A DNA stretch of 64,000 bases, taken from positions 366,420,001 through 366,484,000 of the forward strand of contig OZ024741.1 in assembly GCA_964016885.1 (NCBI GenBank). The letters are read 5' to 3'. The notes below the pieces were generated by a model. That model saw only the letters and a list, made by a program, of their open reading frames with translations, did no database searches and was not told where the DNA came from. Within the stretch, counting starts at the first letter, position 1. Every line of letters starts with the position of its first letter. Of this stretch, positions 12,929-27,869 are shown in pieces. Made by a program: the position numbers and the translations under genes. This DNA comes from Eledone cirrhosa. Lineage: Eukaryota.

Positions 12929-14743
12929 ATGAAAATGCAAAAAGAAAAAACAAATTCATATCCAAACAACACAAATGACACCAAACAGTTCAATGACAAC
13001 AAAAATAACAGCAACACCAATAATGATGATAAAAACAACAATGATAACAACAACAAAGAAAAAAATAAAGACAACACCAATAACACCAGCATCAAAGACA
13101 ACAACAACACCAAGGAAAATATGAATAATATCAACATCGGTGACAACAAGAATAACAACAACAATAACAACAATAATGACAACACCACCAACACGGATTC
13201 CACAAAGAAACCAAAAATCTCCTTTGCAGAGAAAGTTCAAAAAAAGGAGGAACTGATATATGTCGACATAACAAATGCTGAACAACTTTTAAAGGACGCT
13301 AGGAGATATGTCACTTTCGAAAAAAATGGTGCTTTCAGCATCAATTCTCCGGTAGAAATTCGCAAGGAAACTGCTCTCAAAACGATAGTTTTTAGGACAG
13401 TTTCCAATTCTACCCGAAAACCAGTCCGATTGTCACAGAAAGAAATTGAACTGGTTTTCAAAAATTCAATGAATGATATTGCATTCATTCAAAGAAGCAA
13501 ACTTTTTGGGAGTATTTCGGTATTCATGAAGGATCAATTGACGGCCCAAAATTACTCTGTGTCGCCAATTGTATCCAACCTGTACACCTTTTTCCCTACA
13601 TACATGGGAAAAAGGACACAAAAGATCAGAATCACGAGTGTCACACCAAAAGTGAACATATGGTGGATACTGTGCGGCTTCATCAATTTTGATGAAGACA
13701 GAATACTGTCAATAGGAAAGTCCCCCAGAGATGTATTCAATGGGACTAGCATTGAAGTTCTGGTGCAAATGAGCCCAGAGCGAATAGCTATGATCCCACA
13801 ACGTGTACTCCTGGACGGACTCACCTACATAAACTTTTCGGTTGAGGGTAGGCGGCCTTCATGTTACCATTGCTTTAGCAGGGGTCACCTGAGGGCTTCC
13901 TGTCCTAAATTAATGAATCAAAAAAAGGCTCTTCTACCGACACCCATCAAAACAACACAACCACCAACACCACCACAACAAAAACAACACCAACACACAA
14001 AAATAACCACAACAAACACAGTCCCACCCAACCCCACTCCACCTAAAACCACTGCAAAATCACATACAGACACAACAGCTCCCCAAGGCATACCCCTCCC
14101 CAATCATACAGACGATACAACAGATGAGGCTATCTCGCCATCACCCAGTGAAGACGAGGGAGAACCCCATCGTTCGAAAAGAAAGAAAAGACATCACAAA
14201 AGCAAAAAAACAGCAAACACTACCACAAACATACAACCACCAACACAAACAACAAAAACATCACAAACAAAACCCCCACCTCCTGAAAACAAAATACCTA
14301 CAACAAAACGAAAGAACACACAAGAACTACAGACAAAAACAAACACAACACAAGAAAATTACACTTACACTTACATAAACACTGAAAACAAAACACTAAT
14401 GGAGACCATCACGAACGACCCTTCGGTTTTCACCGAAGGGAAAACTTTCGCCCACTCTATTAAAAATAGCAAAAAACTGAACCTAAAACTGATTAGGGTC
14501 CCTATACAAACTTATAGGTCCCTAAAAGAAACATTTGAGAAGGATGTGGGGAATTCCTGCGTGAAACCACTCAACCGCGTCCTTCTCAAATGTCTCCCCA
14601 CCCCAGACACCCCCATCCCACCAGACCCCACCCCACCAAACATCTCCGTCCCCACCCCGCCGGAAACCACCACCCATCCAGACAACCCCGCCAACACCCC
14701 CATGGAAATCGTGCGGCCTGGTCCCCAGGAGTTGGATGTGTGA
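12929..14743 (+). CDS. Tx1 ORF1 (gag-like nucleic-acid-binding protein)
   Basis: 604 aa: N-rich N-terminus, zinc knuckle CYHCFSRGHLRASC, P/T/K-rich linker. The last codons are altered by a deletion. The true start may be the out-of-frame ATG at 12823. Confidence 0.85.
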   Translation: MKMQKEKTNSYPNNTNDTKQFNDNKNNSNTNNDDKNNNDNNNKEKNKDNTNNTSIKDNNNTKENMNNINIGDNKNNNNNNNNNDNTTNTDSTKKPKISFAEKVQKKEELIYVDITNAEQLLKDARRYVTFEKNGAFSINSPVEIRKETALKTIVFRTVSNSTRKPVRLSQKEIELVFKNSMNDIAFIQRSKLFGSISVFMKDQLTAQNYSVSPIVSNLYTFFPTYMGKRTQKIRITSVTPKVNIWWILCGFINFDEDRILSIGKSPRDVFNGTSIEVLVQMSPERIAMIPQRVLLDGLTYINFSVEGRRPSCYHCFSRGHLRASCPKLMNQKKALLPTPIKTTQPPTPPQQKQHQHTKITTTNTVPPNPTPPKTTAKSHTDTTAPQGIPLPNHTDDTTDEAISPSPSEDEGEPHRSKRKKRHHKSKKTANTTTNIQPPTQTTKTSQTKPPPPENKIPTTKRKNTQELQTKTNTTQENYTYTYINTENKTLMETITNDPSVFTEGKTFAHSIKNSKKLNLKLIRVPIQTYRSLKETFEKDVGNSCVKPLNRVLLKCLPTPDTPIPPDPTPPNISVPTPPETTTHPDNPANTPMEIVRPGPQELDV

Positions 14744-17700
14744 ACGTACGCGGCCGGAGGATGCCCTGGAAACAGGGCAAACTCTTAAACGACCTCAGGT
14801 CGCACAGTATGGATGTGGTAGCCATTTGCGAGTCCAGGATCCACAGCGAGCGACAGCTGGCCCCCATCTTCGATGACTTTGAGATCTACGCATCTCTCTG
14901 TCAACCGGGGGGTGGGGGCGGAGTTGCCGTTTTGCTGCGGAAACACCTGGGCCTCGTAACACAGACGGTACATCTGGACCCGGAGGGTCGACTGGTGGTC
15001 CTAGACGTTGACGGTAGTGAAGGTGGAGCCTTCAGGCTGGTGGCCGCATATGCCCCATCCGGAACACCGCGGCCAGACTTCTTCAAACGTCTAGAGACTT
15101 TTCTGGGAACGTCCCGCTCCTTGCTTTTAGTGGGGGACTGGAATGGAATCCTAGATGCACGTTGGGACTATGTGGGAGCATGTCCCGATAAAGGGGGGTG
15201 TAACAGCCTCAAACAGTTAATCGACCGATTTGACCTGGCCGATAGATATCGACTAGATTTTCCGACTGCGCCACTGTGGACGTGGCGTAATCGTAGCGGA
15301 ACATCTAGATCGTACCTAGATAGGGTTCTAGTTAGAAATAAGGATAGGGACATGATAAGCTGTCCACAAATGTTCATGGTTGCCTATTCAGATCACAAAC
15401 TAGTGACCTGCATGGCCAACTTTGATAGAACCCATAGACAAGGACCCGGCTACTGGAAGCTGAACTTGTCGTTACCGACAAGCAAAGCCTACAGTAAACG
15501 GATTAGCACTTTAGTTAAACAGCACTTGACAGGGGCCATTGTCAACAACAGATGGTGGTACTCTCTCAAGAGGGCAGTTAGATTAGACTCGATAGTTTTT
15601 AGTAAAGAATTAGCGTTAGATAGAAATAGAACCGAGAAGGAACTGGTAGATAAAGTAGAAGAGGCAATTAGAAGTGGCAACGTAGCCAGCGTGCTAGCAA
15701 CGAGAACGGCCTTGGACCAGTTCTTCGACGCAAAGCATGAAGGCTGCGTTGTCAGAAGCAAAATACGTGCTCTGGGAAACGAGGGAGCCAAAGCTGTTAG
15801 CTGGGCCCGAGTGACGGAGGCAAAAAGTGGCAACAAGTCCACGATTCGGTCTTTGAAGGACCAAAACGGACGCGTGATACGTGAGCCGAAGCAGATGTGT
15901 GCGGCTTTTCAGCGGCACTTTGCTCAACTGTTCGGGACGGGCGGCGCGCCGGGAGAGGCTATGGATTTCGGTCCATACCTCGACGGCCTACCGCGACTCT
16001 TGGACAGCGAGGCAAAGTTCTGCGAAAAGTCGATTTCAGCCGCTGAGATATGGGACGCGCTGAGCCAATGTGGCAAACGCAAATCTCCAGGTCTCGACAG
16101 TCTACCCTACGAATTTTACGTAGCAATGCCGGACTTATTACCCGGTCTCCTGGAAGCGGTCTACTGCAACTGGCAACAGAACGGGAGAATTCCCAGTTCT
16201 GTAACCGGGGGCGTTGTCACACTAATCAGGAATGACGAGAATAAGGGGGATGACATAGGCAACTTCCGGCCCATAACTCTGCTAAACACAGAGTTACAGA
16301 TTTTGGCCAAGGTGTTGGCAAAGAGGCTGGCGCTTGTCGTCGAGAACCTGGTGGGAGAAGCGCAGACATGCGCAATCCCGACCAGGTCCATACACGACAA
16401 CCTCCATCTCATGCGATACATCATAGAGAAGGTAGGGTGTAAAGCCGGCTTCGGTGGGGCCCTGATCAACTTGGATCAGTCTAAGGCTTTCGATAGGGTT
16501 GACCATCGTTACCTGGATGCGGTGCTTGAGGCGGCAGGCTTCGGACCCGTGTTCAGGGGCTGGATTGCTGCAATGCACAACAGCAACATCTGCTCAAGGG
16601 TCAAGGTGAACGGCTACCTCTCGGAGCCGTTCCATATTACGCGATCCATTCGACAGGGATGCCCTCTCTCCTCCCTTCTGTACGTACTGACTCTCGAGCC
16701 ACTACTGCGGAAGCTGGAGCTATTGCAGGGCATCCCTCTGGAACCGGGACTGCGGAAAGCGGCGTCGGCCTACGCCGACGACGTGACAGTAATGGTGTCG
16801 AGCGCCTCGCAAATCGAGGAAGTCGGCACCTTACTGAAGGAATACGAAAGTTTCACAGGAGCGAAGCTGAACCGGGACAAGTCCATCGGTTTGCAACTCG
16901 GATTGTGGAGAGGCAAACCGATGCCTTCCGATGGCGTCGTCGGACGCTGGACGGAAGGACCGGTAAAGCTGCTCGGGGTCTGGTTTGGTCCGGACCTGCA
17001 GGTGGAGAACAAATGGAACGAAGTGACGGCCAAGGTGTTTGCACTCACCCAGAAGTGGGCCGAGTGCAAACTATCCTTGAAAGGTCGAGCGGAGGTGGCG
17101 AACACTTTTATAGCGTCCGCCATCTACTACCGCTTGACCGTCGTGCCTTGTCCAGCCAAAACGCTCGCCAAAATGGAGCGCGCGCTCTTCCGATTCCTTT
17201 AGAAGAGGCGGGCTCCTTTGGTGAGAAGATGCATCTGCTGCCAACACCCTTCTAACGGAGGGCTGGGGATGCCGTGGTTGACGATGCGCAAACACGCGCT
17301 CGGGCTGCGGCATCTCTACATATTCCTCACCGGACAACCGGTGTGGGCCCCGTTCGTGAGGCGAGCCTTCCCACCACTCGTCTCGCTGACCGAGCTGCAG
17401 TCCTGGGTCAAGCAAAGACCGAGGAAAATGGGCGACTGGCACATCGAATGTGCTCAGGCGCTCACAGCCCTCTGGCAGGCGGACCCGGCGATCAGTGGAG
17501 ACTCCTCTTCGTCATTCTATAGAGGGTTGGTTCGCAGCAAGTGCGACGACGCGCTCGGTGAAACTCTAGGCGTAGAGGATGATGAACTGGCCAGTCTGTT
17601 CAGTAGGACCTTCCGCCCGGGACCGATGGACAACTTCCAAAAGTCCCTAGCCTGGCAGTGCTACCGAGGAGCTCTACCAGTTCAAGACAAGCTCTACAGA

Positions 17701-17826
17701 CATGGGCGCCCGGGCAGGGACCCTGCAAAAAAGATCTGTCCGAGGTGCGTGCGAGGTGCGAGACGAGGTGCGTGCGAGAATAGCCCGAGTGAATGGGCCT
17801 TCTCTCTATATCAGCCTGTAGGTTGA
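14732..17826 (+). pseudogene. Tx1 ORF2 (APE endonuclease + reverse transcriptase), disrupted
   Basis: Motifs NVRG, YAP, GDWN, LDR, SDH, QGCPLS, YADD. Start codon deleted; TAG at 17200-17202 where the intact copy has Trp; zinc-finger region deleted near 17760. Confidence 0.92.
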
Positions 17827-18062
17827 GGAAAAGGAGGAGGAGAGGAAAGGAGTACAAACTCTTCGTACTCCCGAAGATGAGGGTTGCACATTTTTTTCGG
17901 GGGTATGTGTTACCCATATAAACTGTCTCCGCCTATTGGGGAAAATCGACTAACTTTTTAAATTACATTTGTGATAACATTTTACACGTTTTTTATTGTA
18001 TGTAAACTTCCCCCTTTGTATTTGTCCCCTTCTTTTGTGCCCCTGTGGCTAATAAAGAAACA

Positions 18063-18081
18063 TATCTATCTATCTATCTAC

Positions 18082-18125
<44 letters not shown>

Positions 18126-18146
18126 TCTATCTATCTATCTATCTAC

Positions 18147-18189
<43 letters not shown>

Positions 18190-18217
18190 ATCTATCTACT
18201 CTCTCTCTAATCTCTAA

Positions 18218-18265
<48 letters not shown>

Positions 18266-18440
18266 CTTTCTCTATCTATCTAACTATCTACTATCTCTCT
18301 CTCTCTATCTATCTATCTACCCTCTCTCTCACTCTCTCTCTCACTCTCTCTCACTCTTACTCTCTCTCTCGCCCGTTCTCTCTCTATCTATCTATCTACT
18401 ATCTCTCTCTATCTATCTATCTACTCTCTCTCTCTCTCTA
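18063..18440. repeat. (TATC)n/(TC)n compound microsatellite
   Basis: Read directly. Confidence 0.95.
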
Positions 18441-18637
18441 ATAATTCTCCCCACCTCAGGCTTTCTGTATCTCCTTGACTCCATTGCTTGTTTGTTTTTT
18501 TTTCTATTTGTCTGTTCATATTTCTCATCATATGTAAAGATATGTCTACTTCATTATTCTTGCTATACTACACTTCCTCCTTCTCTTTTGATTCTCTGTC
18601 TCCTTTTTTTGTTTCATCATTCGACAACTTATGAGTG

Positions 18638-18704
<67 letters not shown>

Positions 18705-18740
18705 TCTTATATAAATATATACATATACTAATGTATTTAC

Positions 18741-18818
<78 letters not shown>

Positions 18819-18876
18819 TATATGTATATTTATATATATATATAAAGATATACAAACCCGTATAGCAAATATTGTT

Positions 18877-18997
18877 TATTTGTACAGATTAAAGTTTGAG
18901 TAAAGAATCACTGCTTTCACCCTTTTACGGGATCTTCAGAAAATCTCGTAAAAGGGTGAAAGCAGCGATTCTTTGCTCAAACATTAATCTGTACAAA
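18877..18997. repeat. fold-back with degenerate hammerhead-like core, in TA-rich flanks
   Basis: Arms 18877-18932 and 18943-18997. Minus strand CTGAAGA-TCCC-GTAAAA-GGGT-GAAA; stems I and III are not intact. Confidence 0.6.
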
Positions 18998-19130
18998 TTA
19001 TATATATATATAATTGGGATTATACTAAGGTATATCCTAGTGTTTGTTGAGTGAGACGGAAGCCGGTCGGAGTATTGCTTAAAGCTTTCTCTGTTAATGT
19101 ATTAAATATATATATATATATATATATAAT

Positions 19131-19210
19131 ATATAGAAATGGCTTCTACAGGTCGAGAACTGTTTCATTCGGTGGAAATCATCAGGAAAGCCGCTTTCCT
19201 GATGATTTAT
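19131..19210 (-). repeat. short hammerhead-like element with inverted core; homologue at 50779-50815(+)
   Basis: Minus strand CTGATGA-TTTCCACCGAAT-GAAAC-AGTT-CTC-GACCTGTAGAAGCCATTTCTATAT; local fold-back AAATCATCAGGAAAGC/GCTTTCCTGATGATTT. Confidence 0.5.
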
Positions 19211-19732
19211 ATATCTGTTGAGAACTTAATTCGTTTTGTGATATTTTGCAATTTTGCAATAATATACACATACTGAATTCATCCGCCAAAAATAAGGGTT
19301 GCCTCCCTTGTCGAGCCCCACGTGGGTATTGGTAACAGCCAATCCTTGGCCTGGCACTTGAACTAAAACCCTGTTGAGAAAGTGACTTCCTTGTTCAATC
19401 ATCTTACCAGAAGCTTAACATTATTTGTCTAAGCGGACAGTACTTGATTTAGGAGTCGCAGAAACCCAAATGCTGGATTTTCACCAACCATCCAGGGGTC
19501 CGGGTAAATTTTTCAATCATTTTTTTATATTTTTTTACTTGTTTGACCCGAATCACTTGGTCGTTTCTATGGTTGTGCGGATAATGGTTTAACCATCGTC
19601 TTAGTGTGTTTGGCCTTTTAACGTATGTTGTAGCTCTGGCTCGTTAGAATCTATTGAGCGCTTGCCACACATCTCGGAAGTTGTTTTTCGCTAATTTCCA
19701 AAGCCGAAATACGATTCTCGCTAATTTATATT

Positions 19733-19785
<53 letters not shown>

Positions 19786-20151
19786 GTAAAAGAATACATG
19801 TATTTATGTACATAGATACATATCTACATACACACACATATATATATATATATATATACATAAGCATATACACACATCTATTCGTACTATTTCACCGAAA
19901 CCATTGAGTAAAGATGAACGAGATGACAAGATAGAAGCGCGGAACCAAACGGTAAATATTATGCAAAGGGGAGATAAATGATTATTAAATGAAAAAAAAT
20001 ATATATATATACAATTAGAAAACAAAAATATATAGAAAAAGAAAAGGAAATGCAGAAATGAAATATAAAATTAAGAATATGTATTTAGAAATATCCTACC
20101 GTAGGTGTTAAATTTCTTTCCTTATATCTTGCGTTTCTTCAACTATTTCTG

Positions 20152-20265
<114 letters not shown>

Positions 20266-20269
20266 CATG

Positions 20270-20304
<35 letters not shown>

Positions 20305-20344
20305 GTGTGTGCGTGTGTGTGTGTGTGTATTGTATATATGTATT

Positions 20345-20536
<192 letters not shown>

Positions 20537-20603
20537 GCGGAGTGAGGGAGAAAAAGAGAAATAGAGAAAAATGTGTGACATACATATATGCATACATATA
20601 CAT

Positions 20604-20635
<32 letters not shown>

Positions 20636-21143
20636 TACTGCAATGTTTTGTGTCTTCTTATTCTAAATTTTATTGTTACGTTTTCTATTTCAGTGAAAAG
20701 CATTTTGTATTCATTTTCCGTTGCTGTGCTGAACTGAATATTTTGTTTAGATTGGGAAGTGTAATATTTCTTTCCCACGAAGCAAAGACAAAATCTAAAA
20801 ACAAATATCACAGAAGACGGACTTTGAATATTATATTTTTGTCGTCTGCTTATATTGCATACAGAGGGATATGCCCATCGCCTCGCGCCTATTTATATAT
20901 ACATACACATTTATTTTATATATATGTTTGTGTGCGTATATATGTAATAGTGTTTACTCGTGAATGCTTGTGGAAATATGCGTATATGTAAATATATATG
21001 TGTGTGTATGTGTATGAATGCATATGTACATATATATGTATATCTCTCTCTATATATATATATATATACATATATGTATATGTGTGTGGGGGGGGGTCTA
21101 TGTGTGTGTGTGTATGTGTGTGTATGTATATATATATACATAC

Positions 21144-21214
<71 letters not shown>

Positions 21215-21242
21215 CATATATATGTACATACGCTTTCATATG

Positions 21243-21282
<40 letters not shown>

Positions 21283-21331
21283 TATATATGTGTACGTATA
21301 TATATGTATGTATGTCGATATATATATATGT

Positions 21332-21447
<116 letters not shown>

Positions 21448-22497
21448 TTATTTATTTATACGTCTTTATATGATTCTGTGTTCATGCATATTTAGCCTGC
21501 AAAAATATATTTGCATAAAAACATGCGCATTTATATGTGAATATGTGAATACATAAAACAAGCACATATGTTGTGTCAAGTTTATAATTACAGTTTTGTA
21601 CACATGCTTTCGCACACACACATACATATATACATGTACATATATACGCACACACATACATGCATACATACATACATACATATATAGATATATACATACA
21701 TACACATATACATTCATATATACATACACACACACACATACATGCATATATACATACGCACATATATGCTTATACACATATTTGTGCCTACGTGTGTGCA
21801 TATATTGAGATAGAGAGTAAGACACAGACAATGAACGACAGAGAAAGAAGCAATACATTCTATATGTTCTACATCCACTTTTTTTTTTTTTGTTTTATAA
21901 AGAAATGCAAACAGCATTACATATTTTTATCAATTCCATTAATGAATATTTTACATGTTTTATATGTTGTTCAGTTCCGGCCATGTCTACATATATAGAA
22001 GAGAATCACCAATTCGATAAAATTGTTTATCGTTTAACCCATAGTGGTGGAATTCTAGATGTTCGTCTCTTATTTATCTCGGTAATGTTTCGTTTGAAAA
22101 ATATTTTGCTGCCATTTCTAGCCATCTGATTGACCACGTAGAAGCTGTTTTGTTGATTTGCCAAATATCGTATAATTGTGAACGCTGAAATAGAATCATG
22201 ATCAGTATCTTACATGACTGTGGAATAACTCGCGTGTCAAATGGAAAATTCTCGACAAACGCAAAACAATTTACCGTGTTCAATTCCCTTCGAGAATTTA
22301 TTTTCTTTAAAAATACTATAGTCTTGTTGTTATTATTGTTGTTTCTGTGGTTACATCTCAACCCTGTGCAGGTTTCGTTGTCATGTTATGAAGTTGTGCC
22401 TCATGGGAGTTTTTGGGGGTGTTTTAAGTAAATAGTGTCATGCTATGCCACCATTTCATTTCTCAGTTAACAAGAGGCAGAATTTGAGAGCAGAAAA

Positions 22498-22955
22498 TAT
22501 TAAGCCGGAATGGATACCACATAGCATCCCGTTCGGTGCTCTAATTGTTCAACAAAACCACTGCCGGGGTGTCTTCTTCTTGTTCTTCGCCCACTTATTC
22601 CAGTGGGTCCTGTCAGAAGCAACAGTCTCCAACTGATCCGGCTGAATCCCCGAGCATGACCAGCCAAGCTCATGGATGTTATCCAACCATCTTGCTCGGG
22701 GTCTACTCCTGGGTCTCCTGTTGGTTGGTTTTGCCTGTAAAATCTGTCCAGCGATTCTTTCCTGAGACATTCTAACCACATTCCCATAGTATCAGAGCTA
22801 TGATCTCTTAATTCGGAGGAGTAGCAGCTCTACCTGGAATGACTGTCTAATCTCAGAGCTACGCACTTTATCGAGTAATGTTACTCCAGTAACCCGTCGG
22901 AATGAATTCCATTTCGGCCGCTTGTATTCGCGATCGTATTCTTTCGGTCAATAAT
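22498..22955 (-). pseudogene. RTE-clade LINE 3' fragment
   Basis: RIQAAEMEF...FQVELLLLRIKRS...VRMSQERIAGQILQAKPTNRRPRSRPRARWLDNI is typical of an RTE C-terminus. Confidence 0.8.
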
Positions 22956-23507
22956 TCAGAATATCTGCATGTATTTTAGGAAAGCGTGTGTAATATTTTT
23001 TACCGATCACCAAAGGATGACAGGCAAGTTTGTCGCCAGCGGTATTTAAATTCAGAGCGCATGAGACGGAACAAATACTGCAAAATCTAACGACTCTGCC
23101 AATAATATAATTTAGTTGTTTAAAAACGCTTTAATATTCTATTGGATTCTTCTCTCAACACCTTTTCTTCCATTCCTATTTAATATCTTCACCTAGTTCT
23201 GTCTTTCTCGCCTGCATTTTACATTTTCGAATACAACAAAACCGAAAGTAATAGTTTTCGATGACATTGTGTGAAAAAGAAAAAGAAAGGAGTCTCTCGT
23301 CAGATCGAAGTTAGGAAACAATTTTTCTAGTGGTCTTTCTATTGCCGATACTATCTCCCTGTTGAATCTCCTACCAGGAGAAGATGGGATTTGAGCACAG
23401 CACACAGAGATGGTAATCAGATAGTGTAAACATCCAGTCCGATCTTTTAAACAATTCTGTCAATTCACTGCCCCATAACAATATATTTAATGAAAATAAA
23501 TAATTTT

Positions 23508-23690
23508 CTATATAGATAATAAACACAACCACATGAATATGTTCCTAACATGGAAGAGCCGAACTCCTACTGCCATCGCCTCCATCTCTCTCGCCCTCCC
23601 CATCTCTCTGTATGGTGAGCAAATGGGGGTCCTCCGTGCTGGCCTCCCCACTACCCTTCCGGACAGAATGGAGAAGGCGTTTCCCCAACT
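23508..23690 (-). mobile_element. 3' end of CRE-like LINE
   Basis: GNAFSILSG plus a 3' UTR matching 38979-39180 and 43730-43840. Confidence 0.7.
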
Positions 23691-24028
23691 GGCACAGTTA
23701 TTCATCGAACCCAAATGGGTGGTGGGGATAAAAGTATAGTTAACATCAGAGATATTTAAACTCAGAGTGTTGTCATCTAAAACAAATACCATAAGGCATC
23801 TAATTCAAGGCATCTAACGACTCTGCCAATATGGTGCCAATACTACAGTTTAATTTAAACACGTGCGTACATTCTACAAAGTTCCTTTCTCAATATCTTT
23901 CGTTCCATTGGGATGTTTCAGAAAATACAAAATACCTACATAATTTGAATAGCTACAACTAATCCCAAGACTTTCTCGCCTAAATTTTCATTGTTAATCC
24001 CACAACACCAACCTGAAGCTATAATAAC

Positions 24029-24216
24029 TGTTTCTATTTTTGGCACAAGGCCAGCAATTACCCAGTACATTACTGGTACTTTATTTTATCGACCCCGTAA
24101 GGATGAAAGGCAAAGTTAACCTCGGCGGGATTTGAACTCAGATCATAAAGAGACTTAACTCTATGCTTCAAAGCATAGTGTCCGACTCTCTACCGATACT
24201 GCCAATCCACCGCCCT
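24029..24216 (-). mobile_element. tRNA-derived SINE (3008 family)
   Basis: Reverse complement match; TSD TATAATAAC at 24020-24028 and 24217-24225. Confidence 0.85.
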
Positions 24217-24385
24217 TATAATAACATTTAATCTGACACTGTAACCACTCTGCCAATTGGTCATCAATACTGCGGTTTGTTCGCTTAAAAAACGTCCACA
24301 CAATCTATAAGAATTTCATCTTAACAGCGTTAATATATGAGAAAATTCCTACGGGATATGAAATTGCTTATCTACATCTAATCCC

Positions 24386-24498
<113 letters not shown>

Positions 24499-25114
24499 AT
24501 ATATATATCGCCTATATTTTCAATTTTCTAATCCAACAAAACCAAGTGACAGTATATACTTCGATTCGATGACATTGTAGAAACCATTGATTAATAAATG
24601 CATTCTATCAGCTTCTGCTGCTGACGCTAGTACTGTTGCTGCTGGTGTTGCTGTTGATGCTATTGCTGACATTGCTGCTGTTGTTACTATTAAGTTTGCA
24701 ACTAACGTTTCATTGAGATGTCCAAGTTTCGTTGATGAAAATCCTCAATCTTCTATCAAACCCCAAATGCAATATCATATCTTATGCATCGATACTAATG
24801 AATTCAGCAGAGCTTCAATAGTTTTCAACAAACTTCAACGAAACGAAGAAAATTTAATCTCATGAAACTCATAAACTATTTCAAAGTCAATCGAGCAGAT
24901 TGAAAGGTTAAAAATTGTAGAAACTAAAAGAAAAGGGGAGATATCACCAAAAAATGCAGCACAACTAAAGAATAGTTTCAATTGGATGCCATCAGGGTGA
25001 AATTTAAATAACCATGTTGGGTTATATTTCAGCGTTTTTCTATGTGTGCATATACAAAACTGTTTATCTGTATGAGGTTGTGTATATCATCTGCGTGTCT
25101 ACATGTGTATATTT

Positions 25115-25400
25115 ATATGTGTGTGTTTAAGTGTGTTTGTCTGTGCATGTGTGTATATATGTGTATATATGCTTGTATCTGTGAGTGTGTGTGTGTGTGT
25201 GCGTAGCTGTGTGTGTGTGTAAGTGTGTTTGTCTGTGCATGTGTATATATATGTGTATATATGCTTGTATCTGTGAGTGTGTGTGTGTGTGCGTAGCTGT
25301 GTGTGTGTGTAAGTGTGTTTGTCTGTGCATGTGTGTATATATGTGTATATATGCTTGTATCTGTGAGTGTGTGTGTGTGTGTGCGTAGCTGTGTGTGTGT
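25115..25400. repeat. about 72-bp higher-order tandem repeat built from TG/TA microsatellite
   Basis: AAGTGTGTTTGTCTGTGCATGTG...GCTTGTATCTGTGAGTGT...GCGTAGCTGTG occurs three times. Confidence 0.8.
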
Positions 25401-26024
25401 TTGTGTGTGTCGACGTGTATGTGCATATTTGCAAGTGAATGAATTCCTGCGCGCGCGTATGTATCTATGTGTGTGGATCTGTACGTGGGTATGTGAATAT
25501 TGGGTGAATATGTGTGTATATATATATATGGGAGTATGTGTGTACATATGCATGCGTCAGCGACTGTATGTGAATATGTATCCTCCTGTCTATGTATCTG
25601 AAACTCAGTATGTATAATTTTGTGTGCGTATATGCATGTATGAATGGGGTGCATGTGTATGGGGCGCATGTGTGCATGTATGTGTATGTGTTGCGCATGT
25701 GTGTATTTGCAAACCTTTAACTATAGAAATCCGGATGAAAGACTTTTGGTGTTATGTTTAATTGGAAAATATGTCACATCTCTTTTGTTTCCCCAGATAC
25801 ATTGCAGGAGCTAATGTGACATCAAACACAAAGGATGGAGTGTGCTGCATGCACAAGATGCAATATTTAAAAAAATGCATATGAGAAATTCATTAGGTTT
25901 TGTATTTGAAATAAGGTGGTTGCAGTATCGAATGCATAATAAGTAGCATTTCGTTTCTTATCTATCTCATACTTTCTCCTTTTCTCTCTAGCCATATCTC
26001 TGTTAATCTGTCTATCTCAAAACG

Positions 26025-27250
<1,226 letters not shown>

Positions 27251-27353
27251 TTTCTCCGTGTCAATTCTCTGAAAGTTGAAGGAAATATGCTATAATTGAC
27301 CTAAGTTCAGCTCAGTAATTCCAGCTCAATGTACCCTTGTATACACACACACA

Positions 27354-27471
<118 letters not shown>

Positions 27472-27548
27472 TACTGATTAGCATAGAGCTTCTATAATCT
27501 TTACCAGTTTATCAGGATATATTGGTAACTCCAATATCACCAAACATA

Positions 27549-27636
<88 letters not shown>

Positions 27637-27869
27637 TCAGGTTATATTTTTACTATCTGTGTTCAAATCCTTGCCAGCTTCCTAAATATTCCCTCGATGC
27701 TGTCAGTGTTGTTTAGCCGCCACCCTAACACCCTCCCAGCAGTCTTTCTTTTTTGTGTCTTTTTGTGTAAACCTATAATTAAAGCTGTTTCAGCTCTTAC
27801 CAACTAATGTGTTATCCATTGCCTTAGTTTATCTCAAGCATCAAACCTGAAACTTCTAGTTATATACCC

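Larger units (their letters stand above)
12608..18062 (+). mobile_element. L1/Tx1-clade LINE, family A, near full length but defective, inserted in (TATC)n
   Basis: 5' UTR, ORF1 with CCHC knuckle, ORF2 APE+RT, 3' end CCCTGTGGCTAATAAAGAAA. (CTAT)n on both flanks. Confidence 0.93.

Noticed and set aside
14590-14743. Programmed frameshift or overlapping ORF1/ORF2
   Set aside because: The overlap results from an about 67-bp deletion; copies 2 and 4 have separate ORFs with a spacer.
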